A stretch of DNA of 15,016 bases, taken from the NCBI GenBank assembly GCA_043816785.1, contig JBDRHP010000042.1, forward strand, positions 1-15,016, written 5' to 3'. This DNA is from Candidatus Margulisiibacteriota bacterium. Lineage in GTDB: Bacteria > Margulisbacteria > WOR-1 > O2-12-FULL-45-9. The notes below the pieces were generated by a model. The model was not told the DNA's origin. It saw only the letters and a list, made by a program, of their open reading frames with translations, and searched no databases. The position numbers were made by a program, and so were the translations under genes. Of this stretch, positions 1 through 7,218 are shown piece after piece (within the stretch, counting starts at the first letter, position 1; each line of letters starts with the position of its first letter).

Positions 1-479
1 TTTTTGCCGTCCAGCATAATTCCTGCTTCCAGTTTGGCGACCTGCGCTTCAGTCAGCGGGTCCCTGGCGCGCACCTCATATTCTTTTTCATGCTCATAGC
101 GCGGATGCATCAGACGGTTGGCCAGCTCTCCGTCATTGGTAAGGATCACTAAGCCCTCGGAACCCATGTCCAGCCGGCCGACGGGATATAGGCGGCCCGG
201 AACATCTTTGACCAGATCAACCACAGTCGGCTCTTTTGAATCGGAGGCCGCGCTGATAACGCCGATTGGTTTATTCAGCTTGATATATATCTTCTTTTCT
301 TTTTGCTGCAGAAGTTTCCCATTGACCACTACTTTATCAGAGACAGGATCAATCTTGGTCCCAATCTCTGCCACCTTGCCATTGACCTTTACTTTTCCAG
401 CAGCGATCAGCTTCTCCGCCGCCCGGCGGGAAGCAACCCCGCATTCAGCCATAAATTTATGTAAACGGATCTTACTCAT
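1..479 (-). CDS. rRNA pseudouridine synthase, RluB/RsuA family (5' part; runs off the left edge)
   Basis: Not in the ORF track. Manual translation from ATG 479-477 gives MSKIRLHKFMAECGVASRRAAEKLIAAGKVKVNG (S4 domain), LNKPIG, YPVGRLD (catalytic Asp motif) and SEGLVILTNDGELANRLMHPRYEHEKEYEV. SD-like AAGGAG lies upstream on the minus strand. Confidence 0.95.
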   Translation of the reverse strand, partial: MSKIRLHKFMAECGVASRRAAEKLIAAGKVKVNGKVAEIGTKIDPVSDKVVVNGKLLQQKEKKIYIKLNKPIGVISAASDSKEPTVVDLVKDVPGRLYPVGRLDMGSEGLVILTNDGELANRLMHPRYEHEKEYEVRARDPLTEAQVAKLEAGIMLDGK

Positions 480-491
480 AGTTCTCCTTGA

Positions 492-500
492 ATTTTACCA
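492..500 (-). promoter_or_regulatory. Extended -10 promoter (TGgTAAAAT) for the pseudouridine synthase gene
   Basis: The minus strand reads gtgTGgTAAAATtcAAGGAGaactATG. Confidence 0.55.
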
Positions 501-546
501 CACTTCTTCGCATAAGATATATTATGCAGCTCAAATCAATTCAACA

Positions 547-555
547 TGATATAAT
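547..555 (+). promoter_or_regulatory. Extended -10 promoter (TGaTATAAT) for the tautomerase gene
   Basis: TGATATAAT at 547-555 is followed by SD-like AAGGA and ATG at 579. Confidence 0.6.
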
Positions 556-578
556 TCAAGACAAAAGGACTGATTAAA

Positions 579-758
579 ATGCCAATTGTTAAAATCGGGC
601 TGTGGAGCGGTCGAGATAAAGCAACTAAAGAAAAGTTAATTCAAAACGTAACTAAAACTGTTTGTGAAACCGTTAAATGCCCGGCTGAAGCTGTGATCGT
701 GGTTATCGAAGATATTCCAAAGGAAAACTGGGGGCAAGGCGGAAAGCCAGCAGCCTAA
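579..758 (+). CDS. 4-oxalocrotonate tautomerase family protein (59 aa)
   Basis: Below the ORF-track cutoff. Translation is MPIVKIGLWSGRDKATKEKLIQNVTKTVCETVKCPAEAVIVVIEDIPKENWGQGGKPAA*, with catalytic Pro1, Gly10-Arg11 and the C-terminal ENWGxGG motif. SD AAGGA upstream. Confidence 0.93.
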   Translation: MPIVKIGLWSGRDKATKEKLIQNVTKTVCETVKCPAEAVIVVIEDIPKENWGQGGKPAA

Positions 759-1801
759 ACAACTTCCCTAAAAATACTCATTACTACGTCCAGCAGCCCC
801 AGAACCAGCGGACCAAAGATTATTCCCGGCAAACCGATCAATTGGATCCCGCCTAAGATACCGAACAAAATGACCAGCGGGTGAATTCGTGATCTTTGAC
901 CAATTATCTTGGGCTTTAAAACATTATCAATTGTGCTCATTAGTAACAGGCCATAAAAGAAAAGAACAACACCTTTCCAGTATCCGCCGACCGCCAGGCC
1001 GCTGAGAAAAAGATAGACCGCGACTGGAAACCAGACCAAACTAGCGCCTAAAACTGGAATAATAGAAATTATCGCTGTTAGGAATGCCCAGAGCACCGGA
1101 TTAGGAACACCTAAGAGAGCATAAGCAAACCAGGCTAAAAATCCATGGATAATACCAACCACGATCTGTCCCATAATCATCCCGCGGCTCAGATCATCAA
1201 GCCGCTCCAGGATCTGTTTATATCTGCCGGCAGGCAGCGGAAAGAAATCCTGGAAAAAGGCATAGATACTTTTAGCTCCTTTTAAAAAGAAATATATAGA
1301 AAAGATTGTGAGGAAGATCGTAAAAAACACATTGGGAATCGCTTTAGCCACGTGCTGCAGCCAGCCAATCACCTGAACGCCAAAACTCACGATCTCATTC
1401 TTGTACTGGGAAATATCCCCTATCCGCTGGCCAAAGATCGGCGGCAGATCTATATTGATCTTAAATTCAGGGGAATAAAGAACTCGGTTCAGGAAAATAT
1501 AACCGCTGCGGATCTCCGCCGTTAACAACCCGGTGATCGAGATCATGGGTATCAAAACAATTAAAATAATAATTAAACAGGTGGCAATAGCCGCGATGGT
1601 TTCCCTGGGTAAGGCCTTAGGCATGCGTTGGACCATAAATTTGTAAAGGGGATAAAAAAGATAAGCCAGAACTGCCGCAGAAATTATCGGCACCAGGAAC
1701 GGCCGAATGATCATAAAGGACAGCAGCAAGACCACAACTACCGCAAAGATCGCTACCGTGCGACGATAAGCTTCCAGCCTTTCTTGTGCCGTTACCATCA
1801 T
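755..1801 (-). CDS. AI-2E (PerM/UPF0118) family transporter
   Basis: Multi-TM protein with the motifs LAYLFYPLY, SIIPVLGASLVWFP and DNVLKPKIIGQRSRIHPLVILFGILGGIQLIGLPGIIFGP. The start is either ATG 1801 or ATG 1798. Confidence 0.93.
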   Translation of the reverse strand: MMVTAQERLEAYRRTVAIFAVVVVLLLSFMIIRPFLVPIISAAVLAYLFYPLYKFMVQRMPKALPRETIAAIATCLIIILIVLIPMISITGLLTAEIRSGYIFLNRVLYSPEFKINIDLPPIFGQRIGDISQYKNEIVSFGVQVIGWLQHVAKAIPNVFFTIFLTIFSIYFFLKGAKSIYAFFQDFFPLPAGRYKQILERLDDLSRGMIMGQIVVGIIHGFLAWFAYALLGVPNPVLWAFLTAIISIIPVLGASLVWFPVAVYLFLSGLAVGGYWKGVVLFFYGLLLMSTIDNVLKPKIIGQRSRIHPLVILFGILGGIQLIGLPGIIFGPLVLGLLDVVMSIFREVV

Positions 1802-1809
1802 TTGAGGTA

Positions 1810-1838
1810 ATTATACTGCCGCGATAGATGGACTGCAA
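1810..1838 (-). promoter_or_regulatory. Sigma70-type promoter for the AI-2E gene (probably leaderless)
   Basis: Minus strand TTGCAG (1838-1833) - 17 nt - TATAAT (1815-1810) - 8 nt - ATG; no SD. Confidence 0.6.
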
Positions 1839-1857
1839 GTCAATAACCAGTTATAAT
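1829..1857 (+). promoter_or_regulatory. Sigma70-type promoter for tsaD (probably leaderless or very short leader)
   Basis: TGGACT (1829-1834) - 17 nt - TATAAT (1852-1857) - 9 nt - ATG 1867; no SD. Confidence 0.6.
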
Positions 1858-1866
1858 CATATTGTC

Positions 1867-2946
1867 ATGACGACAATTCTGGCAATCGAAACTTCTTGTG
1901 ATGAAACCTCAGCTGCCGTAGTTAAGAACGGTAATGAGATACTATCTAATATTGTTGCCACGCAGGTGGAATTTCACAAAAAATACGGTGGCATTGTGCC
2001 GGAAATCGCTTCACGCAAACACATCGAAGTCATCAATCCCATTATTGCCGAAGCTTTAGAAAAAGCTAAGGTTAAACTCAAAGATCTTGGTGCTGTCGCC
2101 GTTACTTATGGGCCAGGCCTGGTCGGATCATTGATCGTTGGGCTCTGCGCAGCAAAAGCAATTGCCTACTCCCTTGATCTGCCTTTAATTGGGGTTAACC
2201 ATCTTGAAGGCCATATCTATGCCAATTTTCTAATCTCTAATCTCAAATTTCAAATTTCTTTCCCCTTCATCTGCCTCCTGGTCTCCGGCGGTCATACTAT
2301 GCTGATCCTGGTTAAAGATCACGGGAATTATCAGGTATTAGGCCAAACCCGCGATGACGCGGCTGGTGAAGCTTTTGACAAAGTTGCCAGATTTTTGAAG
2401 CTGGGCTATCCCGGCGGACCGATCATTGATAAATTAGCCAAAGAAGGAGATCCCAAGGCTGTTGCCTTCACCCGGCCAATGCTTGGTCAGGGATACGATT
2501 TTAGTTTTAGCGGGATTAAAACAGCTGTTGTCAATTATTCAAATAAAACCCAAGGAACCGCGACGCACCTCGACTTCGCTCGGCGCTGCCCTGAGCTTGC
2601 CGAAGGGTTTAGTCGCAGGTTCCTTGCCAACTTAGCCGCCTCCTTCCAACAAGCCATCGTAGACGTGCTGGTGGAAAAGTCGATCCAGGCGGCTCAAGAA
2701 TATAAATGCAAAACAATTGCCCTGGCTGGCGGGGTTTCCGCAAATTCACTGCTGCGCAAAGATCTAAAGGAAAAGGCAGAGGCAAAGGGCTTTGGGGTGC
2801 AGATCCCCTCATTGCACCTCTGTACCGACAATGCCGCTATGGTTGGCTGCGCTGGCTATTATCACCTCAAGCAAAAGAGAACCTCAGATTTTAAACTCCA
2901 GGCAGTTGCCAGCTTAAAATTAGTCGGATATAATGTGACTCTATGA
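1867..2946 (+). CDS. tsaD: tRNA N6-threonylcarbamoyladenosine transferase complex subunit TsaD
   Basis: Motifs ILAIETSCDET, GGIVPEIASRKH, GPGL, HLEGH, VSGGHT, DDAAGEAFDK, FSFSGIKT, GGVSAN and CTDNAAM. Start moved to ATG 1867 to match the family N-terminus. Confidence 0.98.
   Translation: MTTILAIETSCDETSAAVVKNGNEILSNIVATQVEFHKKYGGIVPEIASRKHIEVINPIIAEALEKAKVKLKDLGAVAVTYGPGLVGSLIVGLCAAKAIAYSLDLPLIGVNHLEGHIYANFLISNLKFQISFPFICLLVSGGHTMLILVKDHGNYQVLGQTRDDAAGEAFDKVARFLKLGYPGGPIIDKLAKEGDPKAVAFTRPMLGQGYDFSFSGIKTAVVNYSNKTQGTATHLDFARRCPELAEGFSRRFLANLAASFQQAIVDVLVEKSIQAAQEYKCKTIALAGGVSANSLLRKDLKEKAEAKGFGVQIPSLHLCTDNAAMVGCAGYYHLKQKRTSDFKLQAVASLKLVGYNVTL
2229..2258 (+). repeat. Heptamer tandem repeat inside tsaD
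   Basis: tctaatc tctaatc tcaaatt tcaaatt tc; encodes LISNLKFQIS. Confidence 0.75.
2551..2626. repeat. 34-nt REP-like palindrome with a nested 42-nt insertion, in frame in tsaD
   Basis: Arms are caaggaaccgcgac (2551-2564) and gtcgcaggttccttg (2612-2626). With 2566-2607 removed it matches the reverse complement of 14909-14942 at 30/34 positions. Confidence 0.9.
2566..2607. repeat. Two inversely oriented 21-nt small repeat units nested in the palindrome loop
   Basis: cacctcgacttcgctcggcgc (reverse complement gcgccGAGCgaaGTCGAgGtg) plus tgccctGAGCttGCCGAaGgg; shared core GAGC-n2-3-GYCGARG. Confidence 0.7.
2906..2934 (+). promoter_or_regulatory. Internal sigma70-type promoter for gatC inside the tsaD 3' end
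   Basis: TTGCCA (2906-2911) - 17 nt - TATAAT (2929-2934) - 8 nt - ATG 2943; no SD. Confidence 0.7.
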
Positions 2947-3221
2947 AAATCGATGTTGAGCACGTGGCTAAACTCGCCCGCCTAGGTTTAAGTGAAGAAG
3001 AAAAAAAACTCTTTGCTGACCAGCTTTCGGCAATTTTTGAATTTGCTGAGATGCTCAACAAACTGGATACTAAAAATACCCCCCCTACTTCCCACGCCAT
3101 TCCCATGAAAAACGTGCTAAGAGAGGATAAAGTCGTTCCTTGCAAAAACGTCGAAGATATTCTAGCCAATGCTCCAGAAGAAGAAGCGCACATGTTTAAA
3201 GTCCCGAGGATACTGGAATAA
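2943..3221 (+). CDS. gatC: Asp/Glu-tRNA amidotransferase subunit C
   Basis: VEHVAKLARL, LREDKV, LANAP and FKVPRI; directly upstream of gatA. Confidence 0.97.
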   Translation: MKIDVEHVAKLARLGLSEEEKKLFADQLSAIFEFAEMLNKLDTKNTPPTSHAIPMKNVLREDKVVPCKNVEDILANAPEEEAHMFKVPRILE

Positions 3222-4673
3222 ATGCACGGGAAAACCGCCCACGAATTACACAGCTTGTTAACCAATAAAAAGATCAGCGCCTTGGAGCTGACTGAAGCGG
3301 TCATAAGCCAAATTGACAAAGTCGAAAGCCGCGTCCAGGCCTACGTAAGCATTAACAAAGATCAAGCCATTAAACAAGCCAAAGCCGCAGACGAAAGAAT
3401 TAAAAATAATAGCAACCTAACCCCCTTAACCGGCATACCCGTTGCGATCAAAGATAACATGTGCACCAAAGGCATGTTAACCACCTGCTCCTCCAAGATC
3501 CTTAACAATTATATTCCGCCCTACAACGCAACCATCGTTGATAAGATCAAGGCCGCGGGCGCGGTGATCCTGGGCAAAACCAATATGGACGAGTTTGCCA
3601 TGGGCTCCTCAACAGAGAACTCGGGCATCCATCCAACCTTTAATCCCTGGAATACGAAAACCGTTCCTGGCGGCTCCTCTGGCGGTTCTGCCGCGGCAGT
3701 TGCCGCAGATGAGGCGATCCTGGCCACTGGATCAGATACCGGCGGATCGATCCGCCAACCAGCTTCTTTTTGCGGGGTAGTCGGCTTTAAACCAACCTAT
3801 GGCCGGGTTTCCCGCTACGGCTTGGTGGCTTTTGCCTCATCCCTTGACCAGATCGGACCCTTAACCAAAGACGTGACAGATACGGCGATCTTGATGAATG
3901 TCTTAGCTGGTCATGACCCAAAAGATTCAACCTCTGTTAACCTGCCTGTGCCTGATTATCAGAAAGCGCTGGTCAATGACGTTAAAAAAATGAAGATCGG
4001 CTATATCAAGGAACTGCTAGGCAAAGGCATTGATAAAGACATAAAATCCGCGATCCAAAAAGCCATGAAAAAATTCGCAGAACTTGGCGCGGAATTGATC
4101 GAAGTTTCTTTACCCTCTTTTGAATACGCAGTAGCCACCTATTACTTGATCGCCCCGGCCGAAGCCAGCTCAAACCTGGCCCGTTATGACGGGGTGAAAT
4201 ACGGGCACAGGAGCAAAGAAGCCAAGGATCTGCTAACCATGTACTATAATACCCGGCGTGAAGGCTTTGGCAATGAAGTGAAAAGAAGGATCATGATCGG
4301 CACCTACGCGCTCTCTGCCGGCTACTATGACGCCTACTATCTCAAGGCTTTAAAGGTCAGAACCTTGATCAAAGAAGATTTTGCCAAAGCCTTTAGCCAG
4401 TGCGATGTTTTGCTTTCACCCACCTCCCCCAGTGTTGCCTTTAAGGTCGGCGAAAAAGCAGCCGATCCCCTTTCCATGTATTTATCAGATATCGCCACTA
4501 TTCCTGTTAACCTGGCCGGGCTGCCAGCTATTTCACTTCCTTGCGGCTTTAGCCAGGGCTTACCCATCGGCTTACAACTTGTGGGCCAGGCTTTTGCTGA
4601 GGAGACTGTCCTGCGAGCGGCATTCACTTTCGAACAAAACACTGATTGGCATAAGCAGAAACCTTCGCTATAA
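3222..4673 (+). CDS. gatA: Asp/Glu-tRNA amidotransferase subunit A
   Basis: Amidase signature [36 protein letters not shown] and [12 protein letters not shown], plus the GatA motifs SSNLARYDG and [22 protein letters not shown]. Confidence 0.98.
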   Translation: MHGKTAHELHSLLTNKKISALELTEAVISQIDKVESRVQAYVSINKDQAIKQAKAADERIKNNSNLTPLTGIPVAIKDNMCTKGMLTTCSSKILNNYIPPYNATIVDKIKAAGAVILGKTNMDEFAMGSSTENSGIHPTFNPWNTKTVPGGSSGGSAAAVAADEAILATGSDTGGSIRQPASFCGVVGFKPTYGRVSRYGLVAFASSLDQIGPLTKDVTDTAILMNVLAGHDPKDSTSVNLPVPDYQKALVNDVKKMKIGYIKELLGKGIDKDIKSAIQKAMKKFAELGAELIEVSLPSFEYAVATYYLIAPAEASSNLARYDGVKYGHRSKEAKDLLTMYYNTRREGFGNEVKRRIMIGTYALSAGYYDAYYLKALKVRTLIKEDFAKAFSQCDVLLSPTSPSVAFKVGEKAADPLSMYLSDIATIPVNLAGLPAISLPCGFSQGLPIGLQLVGQAFAEETVLRAAFTFEQNTDWHKQKPSL

Positions 4674-4674
4674 T
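4646..4674 (+). promoter_or_regulatory. Internal sigma70-type promoter overlapping the gatA stop codon
   Basis: TTGGCA (4646-4651) - 17 nt - TATAAT (4669-4674, contains the gatA TAA) - 9 nt - TTG 4684. Confidence 0.65.
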
Positions 4675-4683
4675 AAGGGCATC

Positions 4684-5751
4684 TTGGGTAAAAAAATAAC
4701 AACACCCTTTAGCTGCTCGAAAAGCTTACTTCTGCTAAGCTTCCTGGCCATTCTTTCATTAAATTCATTGTCATTAGCTGATATAAGTTCTTATGAGGAA
4801 CAAATAACCAAAGATTATGGCCCGGAATATTTTTTTGCTATCCAGGGGGAGGTCATGGGCCAGGCTGCGCCCGGAGTTAAATCTGTTAAAGTAAACGGCC
4901 AGCCAGTGGCCATTGATCCTGACCTAAACTTCAAGGCCCGGGTTACCTTAAAAGATGGACAAAAATATCTGACGATCGAGACCCTCTACAAAGGCCTGCG
5001 TTTCACCAAAAAATATCTGGTTATCCGCCATCCCAAAGCACCCAAAACGTTCAAGATCACCATCCCGCAGCAGGAATTCAAAAAAATCGTCACCAGAAAA
5101 GAACCAGTCAGCAGAAAAAGGGTCGTCAGGAGAGAACCAGCAAAGAAGCCAAAACCCAAACCAAAACCCAAGGGCTCTTTTGGCTTTAAGGCCCGCGAGT
5201 TTAATGACCCTAGATATAATGTCAAAGACCTGGCCGCGGCAATAGAAAAAGACAATTACGGCTTTAAGCTTTCGTCTGCCAAAGGCAGCCTAAAATGGCT
5301 GAACGAGCTGCTGCGCCAACCTGGTTTCTACGATGTTTGGAAGAAAAATCCCAAGCATCAGAACTTAATTCTAAGCGCGGATGTCAAAAGGCTGATCAAA
5401 GAAACCGCCAAATATCGCCATAAACCCTTTAACAAGCTGACTCGCGCCCAACAATTAAAGATCATCCGGCTTAACCGCTTGCTGCTGGAAGTTACCTACC
5501 CGCTGCTCTGCCCCAAGAGCAGCTTGTTCGGCATCAGCGAGGAAGATGAAAACTGGCTGGGCTTTGAGTTTGTGGCTGAGCTGACAGCGGATAAATACTT
5601 GGTAGTCAGAAAAGTTAACGGTAAATTCTTTGCCCTGATCTATGACCTGAGGTCCAAGGCCTGGATCCCGCTGCATGAGATCAGCCAGCAGGAATTATTT
5701 GATCTGCTTGAAGAAGGCACAGTGCCCCTCTTCATTCAACCAAAAAAATAG
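4684..5751 (+). CDS. Exported hypothetical protein (~355 aa): signal peptide, Ig-like beta domain, Lys/Pro linker, basic helical domain
   Basis: The open frame fills the gatA-gatB gap. The track start at 4381 overlaps gatA by ~290 nt; TTG 4684 instead gives the signal-peptide-like MGKKITTPFSCSKSLLLLSFLAILSLNSLSLA. The segment GVKSVKVNGQPVAIDPDLNFKARVTLKDGQKYLTIET has an Ig-like beta pattern. The start codon is inferred. Confidence 0.8.
   Translation: MGKKITTPFSCSKSLLLLSFLAILSLNSLSLADISSYEEQITKDYGPEYFFAIQGEVMGQAAPGVKSVKVNGQPVAIDPDLNFKARVTLKDGQKYLTIETLYKGLRFTKKYLVIRHPKAPKTFKITIPQQEFKKIVTRKEPVSRKRVVRREPAKKPKPKPKPKGSFGFKAREFNDPRYNVKDLAAAIEKDNYGFKLSSAKGSLKWLNELLRQPGFYDVWKKNPKHQNLILSADVKRLIKETAKYRHKPFNKLTRAQQLKIIRLNRLLLEVTYPLLCPKSSLFGISEEDENWLGFEFVAELTADKYLVVRKVNGKFFALIYDLRSKAWIPLHEISQQELFDLLEEGTVPLFIQPKK
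5089..5172 (+). repeat. Low-complexity coding linker repeats
   Basis: Imperfect 18-nt units (VTRKEP/VSRKRV/VRREPA) followed by ccaaaa/cccaaa hexamers encoding (PK)n. Confidence 0.5.
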
Positions 5752-5753
5752 GC

Positions 5754-5759
5754 TATAAT
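5754..5759 (+). promoter_or_regulatory. -10 box for gatB (probably leaderless)
   Basis: TATAAT in the 15-nt intergenic gap, 7 nt before ATG 5767. A weak -35 TTCATT lies at 17-nt spacing; no SD. Confidence 0.6.
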
Positions 5760-5766
5760 CACTGTC

Positions 5767-7218
5767 ATGAGCAAATACGAAACCGTTATTGGCCTTGAGA
5801 TCCACGCTCAATTATTAACTGAGAGCAAGATGTTCTGCGGCTGTTCTACCAAATTCGGCAACAAGCCAAATACTAACATCTGCCCGGTTTGCACTGGCCA
5901 GCCTGGCGTTCTGCCGGTAACCAATAAAAAAGCTATCGAACTGGCGATCAAGACAGCTATCGCCCTAAGCTGCAAGATCGAACCAAGCTCTGTCTTTGCC
6001 CGCAAGAATTATTTCTACCCTGACCTGCCCAAGGCTTATCAAGTTTCTCAATATGAACTACCCTTAGCCACTGGCGGACACATTGAGATTGAAGTAGCAG
6101 GCCAAAAGAAAAGGATCGGCATCATCCGGGTTCATTTGGAAGAAGACGCAGGCAAATTAGTCCACCAGGGTGCGGATCGTATCATGGGGTCTGACTCTTC
6201 TCTGGTTGACTATAACCGAACTGGCGTGCCATTGATGGAAATCGTTTCTGAGCCGGACATTCGCTCCCCACTCGAAGCCAAGGCCTTTATGGAAACCCTG
6301 CAGCACTTGCTGCAATTTATCCAAGTCTGCGACGCTAAGATGGAGGAAGGTAGTTTGCGCTGCGATGCTAACATCAGCATTCGCCCGGTTGGCGACAAGA
6401 AGCTCGGCACCAAAACCGAGATCAAGAACATGAACTCCTTCCGCGGCGTGCTTAAGGCCCTGGGGTCCGAGGAAAAAAGGCACGCCGAGGTCAAGGAAGC
6501 CGGGGGGACGATCATCCAGGAAACCCGCTACTTTGATGATACAACTGAGACAACTACCGGCATGCGCAGCAAAGAATCTGCTCACGACTATCGTTACTTT
6601 CCCGAGCCAGACCTGGTACCGGTTGAACCGGAAGGAGCTTGGATTTCAGAAATCAAAAAAACCATTGGCGAACTGCCTGAAGCCAAAAAACAACGCTTTG
6701 AAACTGAGTGCGGCTTATCTGCCGCTGACGCAGAACTACTGATCTCCAGCCCTGTGCTGGCTGCTTTTTTTGAACAAGCGATCAAACTTCATGATAAACC
6801 CAAGATCGTGGCCAACTGGATCATGGGTGATCTGACGGCTTATTTAAATGAGAACAAAAAAGCGATTGACGAAATAGACTTTACGCCTGCCCAGCTGGTG
6901 GAAATACTGAAATCAATAGATAAAGGAACCATCAGCGGCAAGATCGCTAAAACCGTCTTGGTTGAAGTCTTAAAATCCGGCAAACAAGTAAAAGATGTTA
7001 TCGCAGAATCAGGCATGACTCAAGTAAGCGACGAGGGTGAAATCATTAAAATAATCAAGGAAGTTTTAAAGCACAATCCTGGCCCGGTTGCAGAATACAA
7101 AAAGGGCAAAAAAGCCACGATCGGATTTTTGGTTGGTCAGGTTATGAAAGCCTCAAAAGGCAGGGCTAATCCTGGAATGGCGAATAAATTACTAGCTAAG
7201 CTCCTGGCCGAGTCTTAA
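5767..7218 (+). CDS. gatB: Asp/Glu-tRNA amidotransferase subunit B
   Basis: IGLEIHAQL, CPVCTGQPGVLP, RKNYFYPDLPK, HLEEDAGK, GSLRCDANIS, YRYFPEPDL and FLVGQVMKASKGRANP. Confidence 0.98.
   Translation: MSKYETVIGLEIHAQLLTESKMFCGCSTKFGNKPNTNICPVCTGQPGVLPVTNKKAIELAIKTAIALSCKIEPSSVFARKNYFYPDLPKAYQVSQYELPLATGGHIEIEVAGQKKRIGIIRVHLEEDAGKLVHQGADRIMGSDSSLVDYNRTGVPLMEIVSEPDIRSPLEAKAFMETLQHLLQFIQVCDAKMEEGSLRCDANISIRPVGDKKLGTKTEIKNMNSFRGVLKALGSEEKRHAEVKEAGGTIIQETRYFDDTTETTTGMRSKESAHDYRYFPEPDLVPVEPEGAWISEIKKTIGELPEAKKQRFETECGLSAADAELLISSPVLAAFFEQAIKLHDKPKIVANWIMGDLTAYLNENKKAIDEIDFTPAQLVEILKSIDKGTISGKIAKTVLVEVLKSGKQVKDVIAESGMTQVSDEGEIIKIIKEVLKHNPGPVAEYKKGKKATIGFLVGQVMKASKGRANPGMANKLLAKLLAES

Noticed and set aside
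118..549. 143-aa plus-strand ORF in the track
   Set aside because: Antisense shadow of the pseudouridine synthase gene, which has clear family motifs on the minus strand.
1828..1866. Upstream start for tsaD (likewise 9190 for the radical SAM gene and 13344 for gltX)
   Set aside because: The extensions run through promoter or SD sequence or into divergent genes; the family N-termini begin at 1867, 9250 and 13398.
2551..2626. Intron, intein or tRNA-like interpretation of the tsaD insert
   Set aside because: Far too short, in frame, and lacking splice, intein or cloverleaf features; it is explained by the repeat copy at 14909-14942.
4381..4683. N-terminal 101 codons of the 456-aa ORF
   Set aside because: Overlaps the conserved gatA C-terminus in another frame. 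A promoter, a TTG start and a signal peptide fit 4684 better.
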